NCBI GenBank assembly: GCA_050010195.1
Contig: JBEKLM010000016.1
Coordinates: 16,042-80,041, forward strand
From: Verrucomicrobiia bacterium
Lineage (GTDB): Bacteria > Verrucomicrobiota > Verrucomicrobiia > Palsa-1439
Direction of reading: 5' to 3'
Length of the DNA: 64,000 nucleotides
The position numbers and the translations under genes were made by a program. The notes below the pieces were generated by a model. That model saw nothing but the letters and a program-made list of their open reading frames with translations. It was not told the DNA's origin and did no database searches. Below, one piece after another: positions 1-9,023 of the stretch (position 1 is the first letter of the stretch; the number at the start of each line of letters is the position of its first letter).

Positions 1-4
1 GGTA

Positions 5-820
5 TTGATATTGTTCGTGGCGGCGCTCTACGAACCACCCGAGAAACCCGACGCTGATCTGCTCAAGAATGACCAACCCATCGGCGAACGCGACCCGGCC
101 CGCGCCGTGCTGTATCAGGGCCGCGGCATCCAGTTCGTCAAGGACGGGAAATTGGAGTCGGCGCTGGACCAATTTCATCGCGCGGCGGCGTATGACCCGC
201 TCAATATTAGCGTCGTCATCAACCTCGCCTACGTGCTGGACAAGCTCGGGCGGTACCCGGAAGCCATTGATGAACTCAAGGGCGCCGAGAAGATCGATTC
301 ACACAACACCATGGTGTACCTCAACTGGGGTAACTCGTTGATTAATATGAAGAAGTACGAGGAAGCGTTGGCGCCTCTCCAGAAAGCGGCGGACCTTGAT
401 CCCAGCAATCAACTGGCGTATGTGAACCTCGGCGCAGCGCTCAGTAATCTGGGACGGGATCGCGAAGCCGCGGCGAAATTCGAGAAGGCGATCGAGCTTG
501 ATCCGAAGAACGACGCGCTCATCCTCCATCTGGCGACGATCTGGACCAATCTCGGCGAGTTGGACAAGGCCATCCGGCTGTACGGGCGATTGATCGAGCT
601 CGATCCGAAAAACCTGTCAGCGTATTACAATTGCGCCGCGCTGTACGAGAAGCAGGGGAATCTTGATGCCGCCATCGAGAAGATTCGCATGGCCGTCAAG
701 ATCGACCCCGACAACGCGACGCTCCGAGAAGCGCTGTCGCGCCTGCTTGCCGCCAGAGCCAGTCAGAATCCGGCGGCCAACATGCCCTCCGCGTCTCCCG
801 GGCCGGGATTGGCGCACTAA
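5..820 (+). CDS. TPR-repeat protein, probably 5'-truncated by the window edge
   Basis: The ORF is open to the window start. It shows 34-aa TPR periodicity with recurring turns (AYDPLN, KIDSHN, DLDPSN, ELDPKN twice, KIDPDN). Confidence 0.7.
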   Translation: MILFVAALYEPPEKPDADLLKNDQPIGERDPARAVLYQGRGIQFVKDGKLESALDQFHRAAAYDPLNISVVINLAYVLDKLGRYPEAIDELKGAEKIDSHNTMVYLNWGNSLINMKKYEEALAPLQKAADLDPSNQLAYVNLGAALSNLGRDREAAAKFEKAIELDPKNDALILHLATIWTNLGELDKAIRLYGRLIELDPKNLSAYYNCAALYEKQGNLDAAIEKIRMAVKIDPDNATLREALSRLLAARASQNPAANMPSASPGPGLAH

Positions 821-872
821 CCCCGGAATCGGGCTGGAAATATGGTGAGAGGTTGGCGACAATGCCGCGCCC

Positions 873-3074
873 ATGCACGGGAAAGCGCTCAAAATACTTG
901 CCGCAATAGTCGTTGTGTTGGCGGTCGCATTTCCGTTCTTCCTCGCGCTCGAGAAGATTTCCGAATCCGACACGTTTTGGCACCTCAAGACGGGCGAGTG
1001 GATCATGGCGCATGGTGCGGTCCCGCGCGCCGACCCGTTTTCAGCGACGGTGAACGGGAAGGAGTGGCTCGATTGGGAGTGGCTGTTTCAGGTCGGCATC
1101 TACGTCCTGTATTCATGGGGCGGATTCAATGCGCTGGTGGTGGGCAAAGCCATCATCGTATTCCTGGCCGGGTGGGTGGTGTTTCATACGTGTCGGCGCA
1201 ACGGGGCGGGAGTGTCACTGGCGGCATTTGCAATGATGGCGGCATTCGTGGCGTCGCGCGCGCGGCTCGAGGTTCGACCGGACGTCGTGATGCTGTTGTT
1301 TGCGGCCCTGACGATTGCCCTGCTGGAGGACGCCCGGCGGGGTAAACCGTACTCGCTGCTGTGGTTGCCGGTGCTGGAGTTGGTGTGGGTGAACGTCCAC
1401 GGATCGTTTCTGTTGGGGATCGGGCTCATGGCCATGTACGGACTCGTGCTCGGCATCGAGTTCGCCCTGCGAAAGGAGTGGCGTTGGCTAGGGCTGATCG
1501 TCGGCGCGCTGGCGTTGTCGTGCGCGGCGTGTCTGGGGAATCCATTTGGCATCCGTCTCGTGCAACACGCGATCGAGCAGACGAGAAGTTCAAGCCCGTC
1601 GGGTACGATTGGCGAATGGCAACCGACACGGGAACTGTTGCTCACGGAGCCGAACTGGGCGCTGCAAGTGTTTTGGTGGTTGTTCCGGTTGAACCCGGCG
1701 GTGCTCGTGGCGGTGCTGGCGATCAAGCGTCGCGAATTTCCGTGGGTGCACGCGCTGGTGGTGGCGGCGATGAGCGTGCTGGCGCTGCACGCGAACCGGT
1801 TCACGGCGCTGTACGCGGTGGTGACGGCGCCGATCCTGGCGCATGGGCTCGCGGTGCTGCGGGAGCGATTCGCCGGGAAGAAACGCTCAGATTGGGGTGA
1901 GGCGACGGCGGGAATCGTGGCGGGTAGCACAGCGGCGTTCCTGATTTTTGTCGTGGTCACGAACCGCTGGGCGATCGCCGAGAGTCGGCCGGCCAAGTTC
2001 GGCGTGGGCGTGGACGAATCGATCGTGCCGACGCGGGCGCTGGCGGTGATGATGAAACTGCCGGGAGGATTGAATCTATTCAATACGTTCCTGTCCGGTG
2101 GGCCGCTGATCTGGACGGGGTTTCCGCAGTGGCGGCCGTTCTGCGACGGGCGCGCGAATTTGTATGGCCGGGAATTTGTGGACCGGTACCGCGGGGCGAT
2201 GTACGACCCGGCGGAATGGGAAAAATGGATGCGCGAGCGGTCGGTATCGGTGGCGTTTTTGGAGTATGGGACGGCGGACGACCGCGCGTTGTTGAAATAT
2301 CTGGTGAACAGCCGCGTGTGGGACCTGCTGTATTTCGACCATGCCGCGTGCATCTTCGTGCACCGGAGTTGTTGGGCACAACTGCGAGCCGACAAACAAT
2401 TGAAAGACCTCCCACACGTCCATGTGACCGACACGAACGCCGTCCTGGCGTACACGCACAAGCTCGCGGACGAGACTGTGGGCAACGATGCCTATCTCCG
2501 CGCGCGCGTCGTGGCCACGGTGGGGAACTTCCTGATGGTCGTCGGGGCGGTCGATACTGCGAAAGCATTGTTCGAAGACGCCCTCGCGACCCATCCGCGG
2601 ACGTCGGAGGCGTGGATGAACCTGGCCACAATCAACCTCGACGAAGGCGACAAGGAACGGGCGATGGACCTGACCGAAAAACTGCTGGCGATCAATCCGC
2701 GGTATTTCTACGCGCGGTTGATGCAGGCGCAGATCAAGGCCACGGACGGTGACCTCGACGCTGCGGCGGCAGAGGTGGACGCGGTGATCGAGGAGCAACC
2801 GCATTCGGCGCAGGCGTGGCTGTTGCGGGGGCAGTTGGCGGCGCGGCAGGGGGACCGCGCCACGGCAATCCGGGCGTTGCAACGCACGGTAGCGGAGCGT
2901 GTGGAAGACCCACACCTCTATTTATTTCTGGGCCAACTCCTCGCGGCGGACGGACGGACGAATGAGGCGGTCGCGGCCTACGAGAAGTGCTTGGAAATGT
3001 GGCGCGGCCCGTCCCAGCAGCGGGAGCAGATCGAAGCCGACCTGGCCAAGTTGCGCCCACCAGTGGTGAAGTAA
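873..3074 (+). CDS. Polytopic membrane protein (GT-C/PMT-like architecture) with C-terminal TPR domain
   Basis: 733-aa ORF. The first ~480 aa contain about ten hydrophobic helices and an N-terminal 'DTFWHLKTGEWI' loop. The last ~200 aa are TPR repeats. Confidence 0.6.
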   Translation: MHGKALKILAAIVVVLAVAFPFFLALEKISESDTFWHLKTGEWIMAHGAVPRADPFSATVNGKEWLDWEWLFQVGIYVLYSWGGFNALVVGKAIIVFLAGWVVFHTCRRNGAGVSLAAFAMMAAFVASRARLEVRPDVVMLLFAALTIALLEDARRGKPYSLLWLPVLELVWVNVHGSFLLGIGLMAMYGLVLGIEFALRKEWRWLGLIVGALALSCAACLGNPFGIRLVQHAIEQTRSSSPSGTIGEWQPTRELLLTEPNWALQVFWWLFRLNPAVLVAVLAIKRREFPWVHALVVAAMSVLALHANRFTALYAVVTAPILAHGLAVLRERFAGKKRSDWGEATAGIVAGSTAAFLIFVVVTNRWAIAESRPAKFGVGVDESIVPTRALAVMMKLPGGLNLFNTFLSGGPLIWTGFPQWRPFCDGRANLYGREFVDRYRGAMYDPAEWEKWMRERSVSVAFLEYGTADDRALLKYLVNSRVWDLLYFDHAACIFVHRSCWAQLRADKQLKDLPHVHVTDTNAVLAYTHKLADETVGNDAYLRARVVATVGNFLMVVGAVDTAKALFEDALATHPRTSEAWMNLATINLDEGDKERAMDLTEKLLAINPRYFYARLMQAQIKATDGDLDAAAAEVDAVIEEQPHSAQAWLLRGQLAARQGDRATAIRALQRTVAERVEDPHLYLFLGQLLAADGRTNEAVAAYEKCLEMWRGPSQQREQIEADLAKLRPPVVK

Positions 3075-3154
3075 CATCCACGCAAATCGCGCTTGCGCCC
3101 GCCCGATTTTTTATTATTGTTTCGGCGCAACGGTAGTCGAAAGGGGGAACGAGT

Positions 3155-3367
3155 ATGGAACAGGTAACGTGCCCGAACTGCAATGTGGACGTTGAGCCCG
3201 AGGAGTTGAAGCGGAACAATCTGCGTTGTCCGACCTGCGGTTTCGATTTGAGCGATGCGGGGGAGGTGGAGAGCCTGGACGCGGACGAAGAGTTGGACGA
3301 CGAGGAGGACGCCGACGAGGAGGAAGAGGACGAGGAAGATGAAGACGATGAGGATGAGGACGAATGA
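3155..3367 (+). CDS. Zinc-ribbon miniprotein with polyacidic C-terminal tail
   Basis: 70-aa ORF preceded by the RBS-like 'aagggggaac'. It has two CxxC pairs (CPNC ... CPTC), and the last ~30 residues are almost exclusively D/E. Confidence 0.55.
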   Translation: MEQVTCPNCNVDVEPEELKRNNLRCPTCGFDLSDAGEVESLDADEELDDEEDADEEEEDEEDEDDEDEDE

Positions 3368-3399
3368 GGGCGGCACATCCTGCGATCGCGCGGCGTTGA

Positions 3400-4032
3400 A
3401 TGATTATTGAGACTTTTGAAGCTGGCCCGGTGGCGACGAATGGCTATCTGGTTGCCGACAAACTGGATGGGGTTGCGGTGGTGATTGATGCACCGCAGGG
3501 CGCGGCGCGGTCAGTCGTTGAGCAAGCCAAGAAGTGGAACACCCCGATTGCCTATCTGGTCAACACCCATGGTCACTGGGATCATTTTTTGGATAATGCC
3601 GAGTTGTTGCGGTTGACCGGGGCGAAATTTGGCATCCACCGCGAGAGCGCGCCCCTGCTGGATCTTCCACAAGCACGGTATTTCGGACTGGATCTGGACA
3701 TTGAACCGAGCCATCCGGATTTTTTCCTCGAAGAAGGCAAACCATTGGACGTGGGCAGTTTACAATTTGAGGTTTTTCATTGTCCCGGTCATTGTCCCGG
3801 TAGCGCGGTGCTGTTCGAACGCAAGGAGCGCGTGGCGTTTGTCGGGGACGTATTGTTTGCGGGATCGGTGGGGCGCGCGGATTTGCCGGGTGGTGACTAC
3901 GAAACGTTGATGCGTTCCATTCGCGAGAAGCTGTTGCCGCTCGGGGACGACGTGCGCGTGTTTCCCGGGCACGGACCCGTGACGACGATAGGGCACGAGC
4001 GGCTCACGAACCCGTTTTTGGCCGCCGCTTGA
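3400..4032 (+). CDS. MBL-fold metallo-hydrolase (hydroxyacylglutathione hydrolase-like)
   Basis: 210 aa with the HxHxDH motif 'THGHWDH', a later 'CPGHCPGS' and a 'PGHGP' His ligand. Typical GloB-like length. Confidence 0.8.
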   Translation: MIIETFEAGPVATNGYLVADKLDGVAVVIDAPQGAARSVVEQAKKWNTPIAYLVNTHGHWDHFLDNAELLRLTGAKFGIHRESAPLLDLPQARYFGLDLDIEPSHPDFFLEEGKPLDVGSLQFEVFHCPGHCPGSAVLFERKERVAFVGDVLFAGSVGRADLPGGDYETLMRSIREKLLPLGDDVRVFPGHGPVTTIGHERLTNPFLAAA

Positions 4033-4127
4033 GAGTCGAACCCCTGAAAAATCAATAGTTGCAAGGTTTCCGGCACTTTTGTAGTATCCGCCGAACCCTA
4101 AACCAAGGAGAACAAGTAAGGAGCTTT

Positions 4128-4412
4128 ATGGCAAAGTTGACGAAGTCACAAGTTTTGGGAACTCTGGCAGAGAAGACCGGCGTGTCGAAGAAGAGCGCGG
4201 GTCTGTTCATCGAAGAGTTGGTGAAGTTGGCGTATAAGGAAGCGAAGAATTCGTTCACGCTTCCCGGGCTCGGCAAGCTCGTGCTGGTGAATCGCAAAGC
4301 CCGCATCGGTCGCAATCCGGCGACGGGCGCGCAGATTCAGATTCCGGCCAAGCGAGTCGTGAAGTTCCGCATCGCCAAGGCAGCCAAGGATGCGATCCTC
4401 GGCGGCAAGTAA
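4128..4412 (+). CDS. hup: HU/IHF-family DNA-binding protein
   Basis: The internal ATG at 4128 has 'aaggag' 8 nt upstream. The 94-aa product has the HU arm signature 'RKARIGRNPATGAQIQIPAKRVVKFR'. Confidence 0.9.
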   Translation: MAKLTKSQVLGTLAEKTGVSKKSAGLFIEELVKLAYKEAKNSFTLPGLGKLVLVNRKARIGRNPATGAQIQIPAKRVVKFRIAKAAKDAILGGK

Positions 4413-4436
4413 TCCGCTAGAGTTTACAAATTCAAC

Positions 4437-4474
4437 GGGCGGCTGTGCTCGGCACAGCCGCCCGTGTCGTTTTC
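4437..4474. terminator. Rho-independent terminator between convergent genes
   Basis: Perfect 11-bp GC-rich stem GGGCGGCTGTG / CACAGCCGCCC (4437-4447 and 4453-4463) with a 5-nt loop, followed by GTGTCGTTTT. It lies between the HU stop (4412) and the TPR gene stop (4489). Confidence 0.8.
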
Positions 4475-4488
4475 CGGAATGAACAGCC

Positions 4489-5712
4489 TTACGGCGCCTC
4501 AAGCCGGTTGAGTATCTCTCGCACGCGATTGACGTCGTTTGACTCACCGGCTGCAGAAAATCCAGCGAGCGCCTTTCGATACGCGGCGATTGCTTCGGCT
4601 CGCCGACGCGGCTGTTTCGCAAGCAGTTCTCCAAGACTGTCAAAAGAGTTCGGTTTTTCTTGGGCAGAGGCGAGATCGATGGACTTCTTGATTAGCGCTT
4701 CCGCTTCCCCCCAGCGGTTGGAATCGGCAATCAACATGCATCCCAAGTTGTTGTAGGGCGACGCAAAGTCCGGCCAAAGGCGGATGGCTTCTCGCAGGGT
4801 TTTCTCCAAATCCGTCAACTTGCCTTCGTCAAATTCCTTTTGCCCCTTGCCGGCCGATAAGAACCAAGCCAGTTGATGAGCGGCCCTGGCGTAACCTTTT
4901 GCCACTTGGTATCCCTTCCGATACTGCTGCTCCGCTTCAGCCAACATCCCCCGCCTCCAGTACAGCTCGCCAAGATCTTGGATCAAATCTGCGGCATTCG
5001 GTTCCAAGCGCAACCCTTCTTGAATTTCTGTTTGGGCTTCGTCCAATCGGTTCTGTCGAAGTAGAAACGTGCTGAGTGTCAGATGGGTTTTCCACCACTG
5101 AGGAGCCAATCGCACGGCTTCTCGAAATTCTGCCTCTGCTTCGTTTGTCTTGCCACGTCGGACCAGCACCTCGGCTAACGAGCTATGCGCCATCGCCAGC
5201 GTGGGCTCCAACCGCACTGCTTCGCGAAGATGCGTCTCGGCTTCGTCGTTTCGACCCAATGCAAGGAGTGTCCCAGCCAAATCGGTCTGCAGTTGGCCGA
5301 TTGATGGATCCAGATCGACAGCTTTCTGCAAATACTGTTCGGATTCCTCGCCACGGCCCAGGAAGTAGAGTGCCGAGCCCAACCCACCCAATGCATGTGC
5401 GTCATTTGGCGCCAGCGCAACGGCCTTGCGGAACACTCGTTCCTGTTCGTCATAGCGCTGAAGCACTTCCAGCGCGTTGCCGAGCATTGTCAGGGTATAG
5501 ACGTCATTCGGGACCAACATGAGGCTGAGTCGCGCCATCCGCTCGGTATGGGTCCTATCGTTGGCCTGTTGGTACCTGAAGGCCTTCAGACGGAAGTAAT
5601 GGGCGAGCCATTTCCGAGCCGGACCAAACGCCGCGTACATCAGGGCGACGCAGGCAAATACCGTGAGACATATACAGGCAATACGTCTGGCTCTGTCTGT
5701 TCCCGTCTGCAT
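4489..5712 (-). CDS. Membrane-anchored TPR-repeat protein
   Basis: 407 aa with one N-terminal TM segment (IACICLTVFACVALMYAAF) followed by about ten TPR repeats. It is the last gene of the TonB-ExbBD array. Confidence 0.75.
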   Translation of the reverse strand: MQTGTDRARRIACICLTVFACVALMYAAFGPARKWLAHYFRLKAFRYQQANDRTHTERMARLSLMLVPNDVYTLTMLGNALEVLQRYDEQERVFRKAVALAPNDAHALGGLGSALYFLGRGEESEQYLQKAVDLDPSIGQLQTDLAGTLLALGRNDEAETHLREAVRLEPTLAMAHSSLAEVLVRRGKTNEAEAEFREAVRLAPQWWKTHLTLSTFLLRQNRLDEAQTEIQEGLRLEPNAADLIQDLGELYWRRGMLAEAEQQYRKGYQVAKGYARAAHQLAWFLSAGKGQKEFDEGKLTDLEKTLREAIRLWPDFASPYNNLGCMLIADSNRWGEAEALIKKSIDLASAQEKPNSFDSLGELLAKQPRRRAEAIAAYRKALAGFSAAGESNDVNRVREILNRLEAP

Positions 5713-5787
5713 CGTATTCCGCGCACCGGGATTGGGTCCAATTTACTGCAGCAGTTGGAGCGTTGTAGGACCCAGCAAACCAACCGT

Positions 5788-6213
5788 CTACTTCGCCGAT
5801 TTCTTGGTAAACGCCGTGATGTCGGGGATGCCCGCGGCTCGCGCGGCATCGACGATGGCCACGACCGTGCCATAGCTGACCGTCTTGTCGGCGGAGAACT
5901 GCACCTGCAATTTCGGGTTCTTCTCTTTCGCGTCGCGCAGGGTTTGTTCCAGCGTGCTCAGCGCGATGGGCTTGTTGTCGAGATAGATGGTTTCATCGGA
6001 ACTGACGGCAATCGAGAGGCGCTCGACCTTTTCGCGGCCGACTTCCTCGGCGGTCTTGGCTTCGGGGAGGACCAGCTTTACGGCCGTGGGCGAGTTCGCG
6101 CGAAAGGTGGTTGTGGCAATGAAGAAAATCAGCAGGATAAACAGCACGTCCACGAGATTGATCAAGCGGATGGACGGTGGGCGCTGTGATTTGGCTGGAT
6201 CGAAGATGCGCAT
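5788..6213 (-). CDS. exbD: ExbD/TolR biopolymer transport protein
   Basis: 141 aa. The N-terminal 'INLVDVLFILLIFFI' TM segment and the periplasmic domain are typical of ExbD. It sits directly downstream of the ExbB-like gene. Confidence 0.85.
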   Translation of the reverse strand: MRIFDPAKSQRPPSIRLINLVDVLFILLIFFIATTTFRANSPTAVKLVLPEAKTAEEVGREKVERLSIAVSSDETIYLDNKPIALSTLEQTLRDAKEKNPKLQVQFSADKTVSYGTVVAIVDAARAAGIPDITAFTKKSAK

Positions 6214-6222
6214 GGCGGAGCC

Positions 6223-6834
6223 CTACAGGGAATTGCGGTACAGGCGCGTCAGCAGTTCGTTGGTGTGCCGTTCCAATTCCAGGACCAGCACCTCGATGCG
6301 GCGGCGCAAATACATGTAGGCGATCAGCGCCGGAATCGCAATGCTGAGGCCGGTCATCGTCGCGGTCAACGCCTCGTAGATGCCGCGTGAAATCATCGCC
6401 GGCTCGCCGAGTCCTTTCTTGGCCACGTCCTCGAATAATTGCACCATGCCGATGACCGTGCCCAGCAGTCCCAGCAGCGGTCCGAGCTCGGCGATGAGCG
6501 AGAGCGTGGTCAGCCCGCGCTCCATGCGGCCCACGATCTGGCGGGCCAGTGCCTGCATGACCTCGACATTTTCTGTTTTCGGCAGCGAGGCGTGGGCGAA
6601 CATGGTCTGCACGAGCCTGCCCAACACCGTCGTGTCGGATTCACTGAGCACGCGCACTGTCTCGGTTTGCTCGGGTGTGACCGGCCGCCGTTCAATGGCG
6701 GCGGCCAACTCCGGGGAGATGATGCGGCTCCGCTGCAACGCCCAGGTGCGTTCCAATATGATGGCCAAGCCCGCTATCGAGCACACCAACAGCGGCCACA
6801 TGGCGATTCCGCCCCGAAAAAACCAATCCGGCAT
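6223..6834 (-). CDS. exbB: MotA/TolQ/ExbB proton channel protein
   Basis: 203 aa with three TM segments and a conserved C-terminal half ('LGPLLGLLGTVIGM...EALTATMTGLSIAIPA'). Confidence 0.85.
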   Translation of the reverse strand: MPDWFFRGGIAMWPLLVCSIAGLAIILERTWALQRSRIISPELAAAIERRPVTPEQTETVRVLSESDTTVLGRLVQTMFAHASLPKTENVEVMQALARQIVGRMERGLTTLSLIAELGPLLGLLGTVIGMVQLFEDVAKKGLGEPAMISRGIYEALTATMTGLSIAIPALIAYMYLRRRIEVLVLELERHTNELLTRLYRNSL

Positions 6835-6858
6835 GAAGCTCCTCCCTTTTCCGATGAC

Positions 6859-8049
6859 TCAGTAATAAAACGTAAAAGTCGCCTGACGCGGCTCTTTTCC
6901 AGCCAGCGCGCGCAGTTCGTCAGGCCATGGCTCGAACGGCCCTGATTCTATGATGGCTTTCTCGCAAAACAACGACAAAATACTGTTCTCCGTGCCCTCG
7001 ACGGTTTTCACATTCCTGACCTGGCCATCATCAAACAATTCGAAGTAAACCGAGACAGTTGCCGTGGTCTCGTAAATCCCGTAGCGATCGATGAGCTGGT
7101 ACCAGCGGCTTTGAATGGCCTTAATGACTTTCTTGTCGTACGCGCCGAATGGACTTGCCTCCACATTGAATGCGGTCACACCCGCACGCGAGACCCCCGC
7201 GGCGACAAGATGTGATTTCCGAGCCACAATCTCGCGGCCTGCTACGCCCGGCTCGCTGGCAAGTGCAGGGGCGCCGCTCCCGGCGGCTTCCGCTGCTGCG
7301 GGGGGCGTGGGGACATCCGCACCGGTCGCGACGTTCGGCGTCGCGGTCGGTTTCGGAGCCATCGCCAGTTTCTGTTCTTCCACGATTTTTAATCCAACCG
7401 CCGCAATCTCCTGGGGTTGGGCTGGAGATTGCGGTTGCGGTGGCGACCGGGGCGTAACGGGCGGTTTTTCCTGTGGCGGTGACGGAGCGGGCTTGGGAGC
7501 CGAGGGCGTGGTCGGCTGAGCGAGCTGAGTCGGGGATCCCGGCGCGCCCGCTTGGACAACGAGCGGGGCCGAAACTCCCGTTTGCGTAGGCACGTCCAGT
7601 GTGCTCATTGCCTGCTGGTTTTTGTACTTCGTCTCTTTGCCGTCCAGATACGGGGTGTCACCCACCTTGCCGCTGGCATTATTCGGATTGGCGGCCACGG
7701 TTGACTTGTCGGAGTAGTACTGGGCGGTTTTCGGTTTTTCGCCCGTGACCTGTGAGGCATCGGTTTCCATGAACTGCTGGGATTGTTTGCTGCGGTCGGG
7801 TTGGTTTTGTGGGCGGGGCTCGTTCAATTCCACAAAGGTGATGGTCTGCACCTGTGGATGTGTTGCGCTCGGTTGTGGATGGACCACCTGCACCAATTTC
7901 GCCAAGGAGGACAACCACGGCATTTTGAGGAGGGTCGCGCGGTATTGCCACGTGCCGAAGGCCATCGCGTGTAAGAGCAGCGAGATCAACAACGCGATTT
8001 CAACGGGCAAGGTTTCGCGGTCCGCCATTCGATCCATAGTTGCCGTCAT
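6859..8049 (-). CDS. tonB: TonB-like energy transducer
   Basis: N-terminal TM anchor, a long Pro-rich linker (PKPAPSPPQEKPPVTPRSPPQPQSPAQPQ) and a C-terminal ~90-aa TonB-C-like domain. It is the first gene of the exbB-exbD array. Confidence 0.55.
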   Translation of the reverse strand: MTATMDRMADRETLPVEIALLISLLLHAMAFGTWQYRATLLKMPWLSSLAKLVQVVHPQPSATHPQVQTITFVELNEPRPQNQPDRSKQSQQFMETDASQVTGEKPKTAQYYSDKSTVAANPNNASGKVGDTPYLDGKETKYKNQQAMSTLDVPTQTGVSAPLVVQAGAPGSPTQLAQPTTPSAPKPAPSPPQEKPPVTPRSPPQPQSPAQPQEIAAVGLKIVEEQKLAMAPKPTATPNVATGADVPTPPAAAEAAGSGAPALASEPGVAGREIVARKSHLVAAGVSRAGVTAFNVEASPFGAYDKKVIKAIQSRWYQLIDRYGIYETTATVSVYFELFDDGQVRNVKTVEGTENSILSLFCEKAIIESGPFEPWPDELRALAGKEPRQATFTFYY

Positions 8050-8358
8050 GATAGCAGATTGTGATGCACCATCAACTCACGGGGCATTGTGTCTGGATTC
8101 GCTTGTAGGTGGGGGGCAATCGCTGTGCCAGAGGGTGAGGAGTTCATCTGGTCGGTAACGTCGCGCTGCGTATTGGCTGGAGAATATGCCCTGCATAGCC
8201 GCGATTCTGGTCAGAGGATCAAGTAACGTAAGATGCTATGGATTAGTCTGATATATAGTATTAAATCCAGACAAACCAAAGTAGTTGACTATTTAGTAAA
8301 CTTGAGTATCCTTCTTTGACGTTTTTGAAATAGGCAAGCAGGTGGCCAAAGGCAGAAG

Positions 8359-9012
8359 GTGAGAATCATGGGACGTGTCAGTGATGCCAAAGAGAGGTTG
8401 ATGGAGGCCGTATTGGAGCTGATTTGGACTGGCTCCTACGGCAGTACGACAATCGACCATATCTGTGACAAAGCAGGCGTCAAAAAGGGCAGTTTCTATT
8501 ACTTCTTTGATTCGAAGGCCGATCTCGCATTGGCGGCCATTGATGTGGGATGGAACCGCATACGGCCCGAACTCGACGGACTTTTCTCCGCAACCGTTCC
8601 GCCGCTGGAACGACTGCGGAAGTATTGTGAATATAGCTATCGGTTTCAGGCCGAGATCAAGGCCAGGTACGGTCACGTGCTGGGGTGCCCGCAGTTCTCG
8701 TTGGGCTCGGAAATCAGCACGCGGGAAGACGGTCTGCCGCGGAAGATCCAGGAGATTCTGGAGAGCAAACGGAAGTATTTTGAATCGGCCATCCGCGACG
8801 CGCACGCTGCGGGGTTGATTGACGCGCCGGATGCCGCGGCCAAGTCACGGACATTGTTTGCCTACTATGAAGGACTACTGACCCAGGCGCGGATTCAGAA
8901 TGACCTGGGGGTTTTGCAGGAAGCGGAACGTGGGACGCGCGAATTGCTCGGGGTGAAAGAAACCGAAACCGTTGTCGTGGAATCGAACTCAGGTGTTTTG
9001 CACACCAATTAG
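8359..9012 (+). CDS. TetR/AcrR-family transcriptional regulator
   Basis: The N-terminal HTH 'YGSTTIDHICDKAGVKKGSFYYFFDSK' is the classical TetR signature. It lies upstream of an RND efflux pair. Confidence 0.85.
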   Translation: MRIMGRVSDAKERLMEAVLELIWTGSYGSTTIDHICDKAGVKKGSFYYFFDSKADLALAAIDVGWNRIRPELDGLFSATVPPLERLRKYCEYSYRFQAEIKARYGHVLGCPQFSLGSEISTREDGLPRKIQEILESKRKYFESAIRDAHAAGLIDAPDAAAKSRTLFAYYEGLLTQARIQNDLGVLQEAERGTRELLGVKETETVVVESNSGVLHTN

Positions 9013-9023
9013 GAAGAAAGGCC

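Noticed and set aside
3075-3154. Terminator after the membrane/TPR gene (AAATCG...CGATTTTTT).
   Set aside because: The stem is only ~6 AU-rich bp with poor internal pairing, which is not convincing.
2734-3378. Minus-strand ORF with a long poly-Ser N-terminus.
   Set aside because: The poly-Ser run is the reverse complement of the GAn-rich D/E tail of the Zn-ribbon gene, and the rest overlaps the TPR gene in antisense.
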